Source: Candidatus Borrarchaeum weybense
GTDB lineage: Archaea; Asgardarchaeota; Sifarchaeia; Borrarchaeales; Borrarchaeaceae
NCBI GenBank assembly: GCA_019057385.1
Contig: JAHQJS010000006.1
Span: 192,001-256,000, forward strand
Direction of reading: 5' to 3'
Length of the DNA: 64,000 nucleotides
The notes below the pieces were generated by a model. That model saw nothing but the letters and a program-made list of their open reading frames with translations. It had not been told where the DNA came from and made no database searches. The position numbers were made by a program, and so were the translations under genes. This document shows positions 20,338 through 30,859 of this stretch, piece after piece. How positions within the stretch are numbered: position 1 is the first letter of the stretch; every line of letters starts with the position of its first letter.

Positions 20338-21534
20338 TTGAGAATAATACAGGTATGCTCATATTTCCCAAGTACAAAATGGATGCCATATTATGGAGGC
20401 ATTGAGTCTTATATCCTAAATTTATCGAAATTTCTAGTTAAGAATGGACATAAAGTCACGGTTATAACATCGAAAATCCCTCGAAACTCCCCGAGATTAG
20501 AAAACAAAGAAGGCGTAAAAATTGCCCGTTTAACCACACCTGCCATAGTTAGTGGTTTTCCATTGATGCCACATCTCTTTTTTAAATTATTTGCTATATC
20601 CAAAAATGCGGATATAATTCATGCACACATCAATTCGCCAAGTATTATAGAAATTGCCGCTTTTGTAAGTAAGATTTCAAATAAACCTCTTGTGGTGACT
20701 TACCATGCCGATCCTATAATACAAGACCTAAATACCGAAGCCTCTAGATATGTTAAACCTATTTTAGGAACCTATCTTAACAAATCCATGGATTTGATCT
20801 TGAAAAGGGCTCATAAGATCATAGTTACAACTCCACTTTATATGGAGAAGTCAAATTTCTTACAAAATTATTTGCACAAGGTCGTTGTAATTCCTAATAG
20901 TATTGATATCGATTTTTTTAGCGAACAGAATTCACAAGTTATTCAGGATCTTGAGAGAGAATACAATATAAAAAACAACAGAATAATACTTTTCGTTGGT
21001 AGACTTGTGAAGTACAAAGGTATTGAGTATCTTTTTAAGGCAATGAAAACCGTAATATCGACTTTTAAAAATACTTGCCTGTTAATTGTAGGAGATGGCC
21101 CTTTAAGGAACAATCTTGAATATTTATCTAATAAAATGAACCTTGAGGGTAATATAGTCTTTGTTGGTAATGTAAATAGCCGAAAATTGCGGAATATCTA
21201 TAGAATTGCAGATCTTTTTGTTCTTCCCTCAATTTCTAATTCCGAAGGATTTGGAATTGTTCTACTAGAAGCTATGGCACATGCTAAACCTGTAGTTGCT
21301 TCAAATGTAGGTGGCATTCCGCATATAGTCAAAAATGGGTTTAATGGACTACTGGTAGCGCCAAGAAATTATAAAGAATTAGGAAATAGAATAATTGATT
21401 TACTCTCAAATCATGTTAACTCTCAGAAATTAGGACAAAGAGGACAAGAATACATCATTAAAAATTATTCCTGGGAACAAACAGTAAAGCAAATAATTGA
21501 AGTCTATCAAGACATCAGCGAATCACAAGAATAA
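20338..21534 (+). CDS. Glycosyltransferase family 4
   Basis: FVGRLVKYKG, VGDGPLR, FVLPSISNSEGFGIVLLEAMA. Confidence 0.92.
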   Translation: MRIIQVCSYFPSTKWMPYYGGIESYILNLSKFLVKNGHKVTVITSKIPRNSPRLENKEGVKIARLTTPAIVSGFPLMPHLFFKLFAISKNADIIHAHINSPSIIEIAAFVSKISNKPLVVTYHADPIIQDLNTEASRYVKPILGTYLNKSMDLILKRAHKIIVTTPLYMEKSNFLQNYLHKVVVIPNSIDIDFFSEQNSQVIQDLEREYNIKNNRIILFVGRLVKYKGIEYLFKAMKTVISTFKNTCLLIVGDGPLRNNLEYLSNKMNLEGNIVFVGNVNSRKLRNIYRIADLFVLPSISNSEGFGIVLLEAMAHAKPVVASNVGGIPHIVKNGFNGLLVAPRNYKELGNRIIDLLSNHVNSQKLGQRGQEYIIKNYSWEQTVKQIIEVYQDISESQE

Positions 21535-21559
21535 ATTCTCAAAAATTGAAAGTCGAGAA

Positions 21560-22522
21560 TTAAATCTGCCCTTTTTGATCTACAAACCATTCAAAGGTCT
21601 CTTTTATGCCAAGATCAAAATTATACTTTGGTTGATAACCTAAAACTTCCTTTGCCTTAGAGATATCTGCTAAACTATCCTTTACATCTCCTGGTCGAGG
21701 TGCAATGAATTTAGGCTCTAAGTATTCTTTTTTGAATAATTTAAGAAGTTTCTTCGCAACTTTGAGCAATGAAATGTTTCGACCGCTTCCAATGTTGAAT
21801 GTTGCATTCGAAATATTTGGAGTAAATGCTGCTAAAAGATTTGCATCAACAACATCTCTTACGAAAGTGAAATCGCGAGTTTGAAGTCCATCACCGTGGA
21901 TTAACGGTGGTAAATCTCTTAAGATTCGATTGATCCAGATAGGAATCACGCCACTATATTCACTCACGGTCTGCCTTGGACCATAAACATTGAAATATCG
22001 AAGTGAAACACATTGGAGTCCATATATAGGATAATAAATCTCAGCATACATTTCACCGACACATTTTGAAACCGCATACGGAGAAATTGGACAACGCTGC
22101 ATTGTTTCTCTCTTTGGAAGTTCTAATGTATTACCATAAACTGAGGAACTTGAAGCGAATACAAAGCGTTTGACGTCTGTATTCTTTGCTGCAGTTAATA
22201 AGTTAAGTGTTCCATTTATATTGACAGTAGCGGTCTCCCTTGGAAATTCAATCGAACGATCAACACTGGCTAATGCCGCTTGATGAAAAATAATATCTAC
22301 ATCTTTTAGAAGACTGACAATTAGATCATAATCCCTGATGTCTCCTTCAACGAACTCAAATCCATCGTTTTTCATAGCAAATAATAAATGCTCCAATTTT
22401 CCGACAGAAAGGTTGTCAATACCAACAACTTTTGCACCACGTTGAAGTAATTTATCTACCATATGACTACCAATAAAGCCTGCAGCGCCTGTAACCAAAA
22501 CCTTATAGTCAGTTAGATCCAT
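21560..22522 (-). CDS. NAD-dependent nucleotide-sugar epimerase (UDP-GlcNAc/UDP-Glc 4-epimerase-like SDR)
   Basis: TGAAGFIGSH, SSSSVYG, YAVSK, RYFNVYGPRQ. Confidence 0.9.
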   Translation of the reverse strand: MDLTDYKVLVTGAAGFIGSHMVDKLLQRGAKVVGIDNLSVGKLEHLLFAMKNDGFEFVEGDIRDYDLIVSLLKDVDIIFHQAALASVDRSIEFPRETATVNINGTLNLLTAAKNTDVKRFVFASSSSVYGNTLELPKRETMQRCPISPYAVSKCVGEMYAEIYYPIYGLQCVSLRYFNVYGPRQTVSEYSGVIPIWINRILRDLPPLIHGDGLQTRDFTFVRDVVDANLLAAFTPNISNATFNIGSGRNISLLKVAKKLLKLFKKEYLEPKFIAPRPGDVKDSLADISKAKEVLGYQPKYNFDLGIKETFEWFVDQKGQI

Positions 22523-22534
22523 AATTACTTTCTC

Positions 22535-23914
22535 CTATGAAATTGGTACACCTAGTCCACGATATGCAAAGCCTGCATTTGTTACTTCATTTGAATCAAA
22601 GATATTTCGTGTATCAACAATTACGGCAGGTTGCCTTACACACTTTGAGAGATTCTCTAAATTCAGTTGCTTAAATTCAGCGTGTGCGGTGCAAAACACT
22701 AGAGCATCCGCGTTTTGAATTGCATCTTCTACGGATAATTCAGTTAGCATACCAAAAACAATCTCATTTTCAAAGAGTGGATCATAACATGCTATCTCCG
22801 TGTCATATTTCTTAAGAGCGTTAATAATTCGTTCAGCGGGGGCATATTGAACATCTTTCACGCCTGATTTATAAGATATTCCTAAAACGACAATCTTTGA
22901 ACCTTTTATCGGCTTTCCAATCCCATTTAGCGCTTCGAAAATTAGATTAACTATGTTATCTGGCATTCTGTCATTAATTTCTCTGGCCAATCGAACGAGA
23001 TATGGAATATAACCAACTCTATTCGCCACTTGAATGAGGTAATAAGGATTTGCGGGAAGACAAGGACCTCCTACACCTGGACCTGGATAATGTGGAATAA
23101 AATTCCATTTTGTTGTAGCGGCATCTATTGTTTCAATAATATTTATTCCGATTTTTTCAAACAAAATTGCTAATTCATTAATTAAAGCAATGTTTACATC
23201 CCTGAAGATGTTTTCAGTTAATTTTACTGCATTTGCTGTTCTAGGATTACTTACTTTTACAACTTTGACACCCATTGCAGCTTTGTATAAGGCTGCAGCG
23301 ATATTACTACTGTTTTCGTTAATACCACCGACTATTCGAGGGATAGTTTTTAAACATTCGAAAATTTTGCCAGGATCCGCACGTTCGGGACAACTTACGA
23401 TCCCCAAATCTTTCCCTAACACAAGATTTGTTTTTTCTTCAATAAATGGTGCAATTATTTCTTCTACAATGCCAGGCGCAATAGTGCTTTCAACAATGAC
23501 CAGTGATCCTTTCTTGAGTCCTTTTACAAGATCTCGACATACAGCCATGAGATCAGAATAATTTGGGTTTTTATTGTTATCGACAGGAGTAGGTACACAT
23601 ATTATAATGGCATCTGCTTCATTTATCGCGCTAGGTACATCTGTAGATGCAATGAAGTTTCCTGAGGATATAGAGTCCTTTAAAATTTCCTCAATGCCCG
23701 TTTCATCTATATAGGTAATGCCTTTATTAATATTCTCAACAACTTCTTCAGAAATATCTGCACCTATTACTTTTGCTCCTGCCTGAGCAAAAACTAGTGC
23801 GGTAGGTAAGCCAATTCTCCCAATTCCAATTACACAAACTTTGATTTTACCATCTTTGAGTTTATCAGCAATTTCAGTTTCTTTAAGGCTTAAAAAGTCC
23901 ATAAAGGTCACCAT
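22535..23914 (-). CDS. UDP-N-acetyl-hexosamine dehydrogenase (WecC/WbpA-like)
   Basis: GIGRIGLP, CVPTP, CPERADPG, GPGVGGPCLP. Confidence 0.88.
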   Translation of the reverse strand: MVTFMDFLSLKETEIADKLKDGKIKVCVIGIGRIGLPTALVFAQAGAKVIGADISEEVVENINKGITYIDETGIEEILKDSISSGNFIASTDVPSAINEADAIIICVPTPVDNNKNPNYSDLMAVCRDLVKGLKKGSLVIVESTIAPGIVEEIIAPFIEEKTNLVLGKDLGIVSCPERADPGKIFECLKTIPRIVGGINENSSNIAAALYKAAMGVKVVKVSNPRTANAVKLTENIFRDVNIALINELAILFEKIGINIIETIDAATTKWNFIPHYPGPGVGGPCLPANPYYLIQVANRVGYIPYLVRLAREINDRMPDNIVNLIFEALNGIGKPIKGSKIVVLGISYKSGVKDVQYAPAERIINALKKYDTEIACYDPLFENEIVFGMLTELSVEDAIQNADALVFCTAHAEFKQLNLENLSKCVRQPAVIVDTRNIFDSNEVTNAGFAYRGLGVPIS

Positions 23915-24269
23915 AGATATTGAAATATATCTCCCAATTACATCTTAAGGGTAGCCACATTTTACTCTTTCGTGGTACACAAAGAAGATTCTATTTTCGT
24001 AAAGGTATTTATGTATTCAACCTAACAGGGCCTTTCTTATTTATAATTAGCCTAATTCATGGCCTTTATATAATATTTGAAATATTAAAGGGCTGGAGTG
24101 CTTTTTGGAACAGGATTCAGTAGCCTAGTAGCTATACTTATCCTTTCAAGTTTTCAATTGGTTCTTTTTAGATTCTTATCTAACATGATAAAAATGATTG
24201 AAACAAAAACACCTGAGGACTAATTAGAGACCTGAAATTATGACAGAAAGATCATTTTTATTTAAGAAC

Positions 24270-24962
24270 TCACATTTGTTGACTAACTTTCAGGACAATT
24301 TTTTCATTCAAACTTTTTTGAACAAGAGCGTCTATATCTATCATAGCTTCGATCTCTAAAATCTTCTCAAGACGTCCTCTCGTTACAGGTTTTTTTGGAG
24401 GTAAAGTACAAGGAGCCGATTGGCGAGCAGCAATATCATAGGTACCAATTTCCTTAGCTTTATCTACTACCTCTTGTTTATCCCATGCAATTAATGGTCG
24501 AAATATAACACAACTTTTGATTGCCTGATGAAGGATTACCAAATTATCTAACGTTTGACTGGCCTGTTCACCTATTATCTCACCTGTTGCGATCGCACAC
24601 CCACCTTCAATCCTTGCGATCTTTTCTGCAATTCGGTACATCATTCTTTTACAGAAAATGCATGTATATTTTGCAGAAGTCTTCAAGGAGTTTTTCAAAA
24701 AAATATTCATAGTAAAACCTTGAGGGACTATGTACAGTTTTGCTTCTTTGTCTGGAATGATGAATTCGGTTAGTTTTCTTGCAATGCCAATAGTATTCTG
24801 TCTTGTTGATTCCCCAGTATATGGACTATTATCAAGATACAGAAAAATTGGTGTAAATCCTTTTTTAATTAGTGTATAGCACGCTACTGGGCTATCCAGT
24901 CCACCAGAAAGCAAACAGATAACATTCTTTGCATTAAACAGGTCAATATCTAGTTCTGTCAA
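24270..24962 (-). CDS. thiI: ThiI-like PP-loop sulfurtransferase, catalytic domain only (no THUMP)
   Basis: LLSGGLDSPVA, CIFCKRMMY, TGEIIGEQASQTLDNL, RPLIAWDK. Confidence 0.75.
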   Translation of the reverse strand: MTELDIDLFNAKNVICLLSGGLDSPVACYTLIKKGFTPIFLYLDNSPYTGESTRQNTIGIARKLTEFIIPDKEAKLYIVPQGFTMNIFLKNSLKTSAKYTCIFCKRMMYRIAEKIARIEGGCAIATGEIIGEQASQTLDNLVILHQAIKSCVIFRPLIAWDKQEVVDKAKEIGTYDIAARQSAPCTLPPKKPVTRGRLEKILEIEAMIDIDALVQKSLNEKIVLKVSQQM

Positions 24963-25235
24963 GGAATTCTCCTCTTGGCTTAATAAGCATCTCTCCGTGT
25001 CTTTCTAAAACAATGCTGAGTTTTAATATCATTCTTACTGAGATATATACCAAAGAGAAAATTGTAATAATAAATAAAGTGATAGAGACTCCTGTCATCT
25101 CCCATCATACTTAAAAACACTTCGTGAGTTTTAAGGCTAAAGATTAGATTATAACTCTTGTTTCAGCAAAATAATAATGTTTTGATAGATCACTTATATC
25201 CTTAAAGACGTTGTATTTTCAAGGCGGATATTTTC

Positions 25236-26306
25236 ATGCGAAAGTACTTAAAAAGATTAACGCTTCTTATTGGTGGATTAGTTCTTTTTATAATAAGTTT
25301 TTGGTATATTGGCCTTTCTGAAGTCTTTAGTGAACTTTTAAAGGCAGATCCTCTTCTCTTATTTATTGCATATGTACTATTCTTCATTATGATGGGGATT
25401 CGAACCATTAGATGGAAAATGCTTCTAAGACATCTAAATATTTCGGTCGGATACAAAGAGGTACTTGGAACGTTATTAAGTTCCTACTATGTACATGCCG
25501 TCTCCCCTAGGGCACTTGGAGAGATGTATAGAGCATATATGATTTCTAAAATTGATCTAAATGTATCCAAAACCTCCTCTCTTGGAAACACTTTTGCAAC
25601 AGTAGTAATAGAAAAAGTTTTTGATGTCCTTCTTGTCATTGTAACAGGAGTAATTGGACTTATTTGGTTGCTTCTTTATTCAACAGGCGATCTTACGACT
25701 ATCATCCTCTTTTTTGGCTTAGCTATTCTTATTGCGTGTTTGATAATTGGCGCATGTTTTAATAAAGGCATTTTCTTGAAAATCTCGAATTTTTTACAGG
25801 CCATCCTGGGTATTTGGCCAAAAAAACTAGGAAGAGAAAGATTGCAGCACTTTGTTCAAGTCAATTTAGACAGGTTTTCTACGTCACTTGAGGTTTTAAG
25901 AGGTGACAGAACAATTTTGATTAGGACGATCTTAATCTCTACTGTCATTTGGCTGATTGAAGTATTAAAATTAAGCTTTATCTTTTTAGCTCTTGAAATC
26001 CCTCTTTCTTATTTTGAAACTGGGTATATTTATTCAATTTCTGCGATTATAGGCTTTGTTAGTATGATACCTGGGGGCATAGGGTCTCAAGAAATAGCAT
26101 TTATATTACTTTGTAGTCTAAGAGGAGTTTCAACAGAATCATCAGGCGCTGCAGTTTTACTATATCGCTCAATTTTTCTCATTGGTAATGTTATAGTTGG
26201 TGGAATAGCCTTCTTTTTAATTGGCTCAAGAGTGCCAATAAAATCTACGATAGAAAGCAAATTCGATGAAAACGCAACTGAATCAAACCAAACTATTAAA
26301 CCTTAA
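25236..26306 (+). CDS. Lysylphosphatidylglycerol-synthase-TM / flippase-like membrane protein
   Basis: RW..LL, GEMYRAY, EKVFD, PGGIGSQE and LYR motifs. Confidence 0.85.
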   Translation: MRKYLKRLTLLIGGLVLFIISFWYIGLSEVFSELLKADPLLLFIAYVLFFIMMGIRTIRWKMLLRHLNISVGYKEVLGTLLSSYYVHAVSPRALGEMYRAYMISKIDLNVSKTSSLGNTFATVVIEKVFDVLLVIVTGVIGLIWLLLYSTGDLTTIILFFGLAILIACLIIGACFNKGIFLKISNFLQAILGIWPKKLGRERLQHFVQVNLDRFSTSLEVLRGDRTILIRTILISTVIWLIEVLKLSFIFLALEIPLSYFETGYIYSISAIIGFVSMIPGGIGSQEIAFILLCSLRGVSTESSGAAVLLYRSIFLIGNVIVGGIAFFLIGSRVPIKSTIESKFDENATESNQTIKP

Positions 26307-26621
26307 CTATGTACGCTTCCTCTCTTAGAATGGTATAGATGGTATAATCTTAAACTGTATTAGTATTTGTGGAATGTTCACTGTTATTTTTCTGCTAACA
26401 ATGGCCATAGTCTTCCTTTTAAAAAAAGATCGTTTTAAATGACTTAATCCAAATTATCCCAAGGATTTTTCGGCGATAAAGTTAAAAACGCTGTTTGGAT
26501 TGAATTCCCAAATACTTAACAGGATTATAGTTATCTAGAATTTAGAAACGCCGAAATATAAGACGATCTCTCCAACTAAAGAGGGATAAGATACTAAGAT
26601 CTTAAAAATCTGTTATGTCAT

Positions 26622-27671
26622 GTGGAGTTGGTGAACACTTTGCTATTTATCCTAATTTATATCATGATTATAATAGCAGTGTTTTTGGTCGTTTTAATCC
26701 CAAAATCAAGAAAGACATGGGGGTATTTTCTCTTTTGGATAATTATTTTTCTGATAGTCGTTTTCCCGAATTTATTTCAAAGTATTTTACGTCTATTATA
26801 CTTAGAAGGTTTGCTGAGGCTAAATTTAGCAACAGAGACTATTTTGTTCTTAGTAATAATGTTTCTTCTCTTCATATATATCGCAAGTATTAATACTCAA
26901 GTTACACAATTAAGAAAAGGAATTTTATCTCTTTTAAGGAAAGAAACAGTTTCAAAAAAGATTTCAATTATTATGCCTGCATATAACGAAGCTGAAAACC
27001 TTGAAGATCTCATACCTGTCTTAGCAAAGAATGCCCCGCAACAATATGAATTTGTTTTGGTTGATGATGGAAGTATTGATAATACGAGTGAAATCTGTGA
27101 GAAATTTGCTAATATGTATGACTGTGTCAAATTCATTCGTCATCCTGAAAATCGTGGAAAAACCAAAGCTTTTGAAACTGGTGTCTTTAATTCGGAAGGT
27201 GATATTTTAGTTCTTTTAGAAACAGATTGGCAATATGAGCCAAACGATATTGAACCTCTTGTAACACCGATTGAGAAGGGATATGATATTGTAAATGGTT
27301 GGAGGATTTTAAGGGCTGATAAACTATATCGTATTATTATGTCAAAAACCTATAACTTACTTCAAAGACAAATGCTCAACACACCATTTCGAGATCATAA
27401 CTCAGGGTTTAAAGCGTTCAAACGTGAGACTATAGAATCACTGTTCAAACTCTTACCTAATTTGGAATTGATTGGGCCTCATCGATTTCTCCTCGCAATT
27501 GCAAATATTAATAACTATAGAATAACAGAAGTACCAATTCATCATTATCCTCGAAAAAAGGGTAAGTCGTACATAAGAGTTGATAAGACCCCATTTATAG
27601 TGATTCGTGATATGTTAAAATTACGTTTTTTGCTGAGTTATAAAAGAAAAAAACTACAGATAAGAACTTGA
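26622..27671 (+). CDS. GT2 glycosyltransferase with N-terminal three-TM domain (DUF2304-like)
   Basis: Hydrophobic N-terminus, then MPAYNEAENL, VDDGSID, DHNSGFKAF, HYPRKKGKS. Confidence 0.8.
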   Translation: MELVNTLLFILIYIMIIIAVFLVVLIPKSRKTWGYFLFWIIIFLIVVFPNLFQSILRLLYLEGLLRLNLATETILFLVIMFLLFIYIASINTQVTQLRKGILSLLRKETVSKKISIIMPAYNEAENLEDLIPVLAKNAPQQYEFVLVDDGSIDNTSEICEKFANMYDCVKFIRHPENRGKTKAFETGVFNSEGDILVLLETDWQYEPNDIEPLVTPIEKGYDIVNGWRILRADKLYRIIMSKTYNLLQRQMLNTPFRDHNSGFKAFKRETIESLFKLLPNLELIGPHRFLLAIANINNYRITEVPIHHYPRKKGKSYIRVDKTPFIVIRDMLKLRFLLSYKRKKLQIRT

Positions 27672-27697
27672 ATTCTTAAAGCGGAAGAGGAAAAGCA

Positions 27698-28780
27698 TTG
27701 ACTACTTCACAGAAGCAACCGGCTTCTCAATCCAACCTAAAACGCTTAGAATTCTTGCTGGGTAACTTAAAGCAATATTTAATATCACACAAATCATCAT
27801 TTTTATTATATTGTACTTTAGGTTTGATTTTTGCATTCGCAATTTACATCAGAATTAATGGACTTGGTTATTATCAGAGAGCGTCTGATAGTTTTATGCT
27901 CTATACCTTTTCAAACGAAATTTTTAACGGCCAAAATCCATATCTTAGAATTTTATCATCAGACATGATTAGAAATCGTAAATATCCCACTTATCCTCCA
28001 CTTTACTACTACTTAGGTGTAATACCTTTATACTTTGGATATTCTAGTTATCCAGCATGGATTGTATTCACAAAACTTGTCTTTTTGATACCCACAGATT
28101 TTGGCATTGCAGTCCTGATATTTATTATTTTGAAAAATCGGACAGATATTAACCCATGGTATAGCGTTTTTTCTGTTTTTGTCTGGTTTTTCAATAGACC
28201 GAATCTTTCTATATATTTTTATGCTCTAATTGATTCTTTTACTATCTTTTTTGTCCTTTTGAGTCTATATTTCTTTACTTACCGACCTAATTTCTCCTAT
28301 TTTTTGCTTGGAGTTGCAATAGCTATTAAACTCTTCCCTATTTTTTTGCTCCCACTCTATTTAATTACACACCGCAAAAAAAACATTTACACTTTGTTGG
28401 CGTATTTGTTCTATGCATTAATATGTGTCATTCTTGTTTCATTACCCTATTTGATTTGGAATATAGAGGCATATTATAGATCTTTATTATTTTCAGCAAC
28501 AAGAGCTGAATCTAGATTCTCAACAGCTACTTTAACGATGGCACCGTGGATCGAAAAATACACTTTTTTAAGTCGACTTCCCATGTTGTTTGCATACTTT
28601 TTAGTTTATTACATTCATTGGAAGAAACAATTTGATATTTATCTATTCTCAGCAATAAGTTTTTTGATCTGGCCTCTAATAAATCCAGTTGTATTCAATC
28701 AATATTTTGTGTGGTTCGTCCCTTTTGCTTTAATCTCGTTTGGAATTCATCTCGACATGATTATATCTAAGCACTCTTGA
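27698..28780 (+). CDS. GT-C mannosyltransferase-like (GT87/PIG-M-like) membrane protein
   Basis: YPTYPPL, TDFGIA, LLGVAIAIKLFPIFLLP, QYFVWFVP. Confidence 0.7.
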   Translation: MTTSQKQPASQSNLKRLEFLLGNLKQYLISHKSSFLLYCTLGLIFAFAIYIRINGLGYYQRASDSFMLYTFSNEIFNGQNPYLRILSSDMIRNRKYPTYPPLYYYLGVIPLYFGYSSYPAWIVFTKLVFLIPTDFGIAVLIFIILKNRTDINPWYSVFSVFVWFFNRPNLSIYFYALIDSFTIFFVLLSLYFFTYRPNFSYFLLGVAIAIKLFPIFLLPLYLITHRKKNIYTLLAYLFYALICVILVSLPYLIWNIEAYYRSLLFSATRAESRFSTATLTMAPWIEKYTFLSRLPMLFAYFLVYYIHWKKQFDIYLFSAISFLIWPLINPVVFNQYFVWFVPFALISFGIHLDMIISKHS

Positions 28781-28940
28781 GAAACATTCTCCGGCTAAAA
28801 ATTTCCACAAAAGTATTATTATTAATTGGAATTATTCTATTTCGTTAGTACTTATTTTAGCATTTATAGAGTTTAGTTTAGACTATCAGCGTTTCATAGA
28901 AACACATACAAATGCTTATATGCAAAATATAATTGTGAAT

Positions 28941-30335
28941 TCAATTCCTTTTTGCATGAAGACGTCTAACTACTGTTGGAACTATGCATATAAGAATTAA
29001 AACAATTGGGAATAGTATTGTAAGTGGAGAAATAAAGAAAAGACGACTATCTATTCCTCCACCATTTAGTAAATACATAAGGTTATGCAAAAGAGGATTT
29101 TCTATTCCTTGATCTACATGATAATCTGCTAGTACCCCCATAGCATTCGCAAAGATACTGTAGCCCATGAGAATGAAAAAGAGTACAAAAAACCGTCTTT
29201 GGTCTTTATATTTTTCGATTACCTGAAATAATGGCAATGTAAAAACGGGGATTACATTTAGTAAATATCGAGGTCCATAGCATGCTCCTCCATGCCAATG
29301 AATAAACACAGAATAAAACAAATTGATAATTATAAATGACGAGAGAAAGAGAACTGTTTCTGGTTTATATTTTTTATAAAGAGAGAAAAATCCAAAGGGG
29401 GACAGTAATAAAATCGGAGAAAGATAGAATAAGCCACGATAAGGGCTAAATAGTAGCCCATAGAGGCCAATATGAACTGGATTTGAAAAGGTACTTATGC
29501 CCTGCATATTTCCTTCGGACGTATGAGAAATATAAGGGGTAATAAAAGGACTTTCAAAGCAAACATAATGATATATGCCCAAAATCATAAGAAAGAGGGC
29601 TACTGGAACACTAAAATAGATTATTTCTTTTTTAGTATTGTAGAATATAAAATAAAATAAAAATGGAACTAAGAGAAGGAGGTTTGGATATTCTACAAGA
29701 AATGAATAGCCCATAGCAACTCCTGAAAGAAAAATGAATGTTTTTTTGTTTTCTTGAATGAATAAGCGTGCACAATATATCGAAAGTAAAATTAGAAACG
29801 CAGAAAATCCATGTGCAAAGAAGGTTTTTGAATATACCCATGTAATTGTGCCAAAGGCATAAGTGAGTGCCGTGAGGAGCTTCGAAGTCTTGTTACCGCC
29901 TAGAAATCCTGATATTTCATATACTAAAATAACCGATAGAGCTGAAACGATAGCAATAAGAGAAATGAGCAGATATCGAATCCGCCACCACTCAATTAGA
30001 AATTTTGCAGTGAAATAAATAGGTACTCCTACAAATGAAAGACCAGGAGGCTTGTCCGAATAATAATGTCCGTTATAATAACTGACATCACGCCAATCCT
30101 TAACATAGCCGTCGATAACGAATGTCTGTTCTTCTACTATCGCTTGTATTAGCGAATGTCGACTCCACTCGTTTGCTGAATGAAAACCACTGATGAAATA
30201 CAAATATATTCCCAACACTACAATGAAGAGTTTAACACGTGTGGAATTAAGCCTTTTAAGAATTTGTTTTGCAAAGACAAGTCGCTTATTCCACTTACCC
30301 ATACGCTCACCAATTCTGAACGTACTTGATAGCAT
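28941..30335 (-). CDS. Multi-pass membrane protein, GT-C-like
   Basis: YYSDKPPGLS, GLLFSPYRGLFYLSP, WHGGACYGPRYL; many TM segments. Confidence 0.7.
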   Translation of the reverse strand: MLSSTFRIGERMGKWNKRLVFAKQILKRLNSTRVKLFIVVLGIYLYFISGFHSANEWSRHSLIQAIVEEQTFVIDGYVKDWRDVSYYNGHYYSDKPPGLSFVGVPIYFTAKFLIEWWRIRYLLISLIAIVSALSVILVYEISGFLGGNKTSKLLTALTYAFGTITWVYSKTFFAHGFSAFLILLSIYCARLFIQENKKTFIFLSGVAMGYSFLVEYPNLLLLVPFLFYFIFYNTKKEIIYFSVPVALFLMILGIYHYVCFESPFITPYISHTSEGNMQGISTFSNPVHIGLYGLLFSPYRGLFYLSPILLLSPFGFFSLYKKYKPETVLFLSSFIIINLFYSVFIHWHGGACYGPRYLLNVIPVFTLPLFQVIEKYKDQRRFFVLFFILMGYSIFANAMGVLADYHVDQGIENPLLHNLMYLLNGGGIDSRLFFISPLTILFPIVLILICIVPTVVRRLHAKRN

Positions 30336-30589
30336 AGCAGTCTTTTTTTATATTTTGTAAACCTTCAAAATAGTTGCTAACCTTTCGAAGGATTTAGATC
30401 AAAAAGTTCTTTGATCTTTATTCTACGTTAATAAATCAACTAATAAACTGCCAGTTATGAAAGGGATGGTTAAATTGACCTCTGAACATGTTTCATTTGA
30501 ATTGTATTGATAAATTACTTACGGAAATATATGATATAGAAGGAAACCAAGTATTTAGAATTGTATGAATATCCAGATAGTTAATTATC

Positions 30590-30645
30590 GTTGGAACTAT
30601 ACTTATAAGAATTACAATAATCAGGAACAATATCGTAAGTGGTGA
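30590..30645 (-). pseudogene. Relic of a paralog of the 28941-30335 gene (3'-terminal fragment)
   Basis: 46/56 nt identical to 28975-29030 by manual alignment; encodes SPLTILFLIIVILISIVPT versus SPLTILFPIVLILICIVPT. Confidence 0.7.
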
Positions 30646-30859
30646 CACAACAAAATAAAGAAGGCCGTAAAGGAATAACCCATAGAATGCGAAATATATA
30701 TATGAAAATCACGGCCGAACGGATATCTAACATAACGGAGTTTAAATGGAGTTCATCAAGAAGGTAGAAATTGAGAAGTATAAGAAAATGCACGATCATA
30801 ATTGCTTCGTTTTCTTCTGTTTTATGCTTCATACCCACTGCAACAATACTTTAACTTAA

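Noticed and set aside
30581-30838. 85-aa ORF
   Set aside because: No motif; overlaps in another frame a relic of the neighbouring GT-C gene
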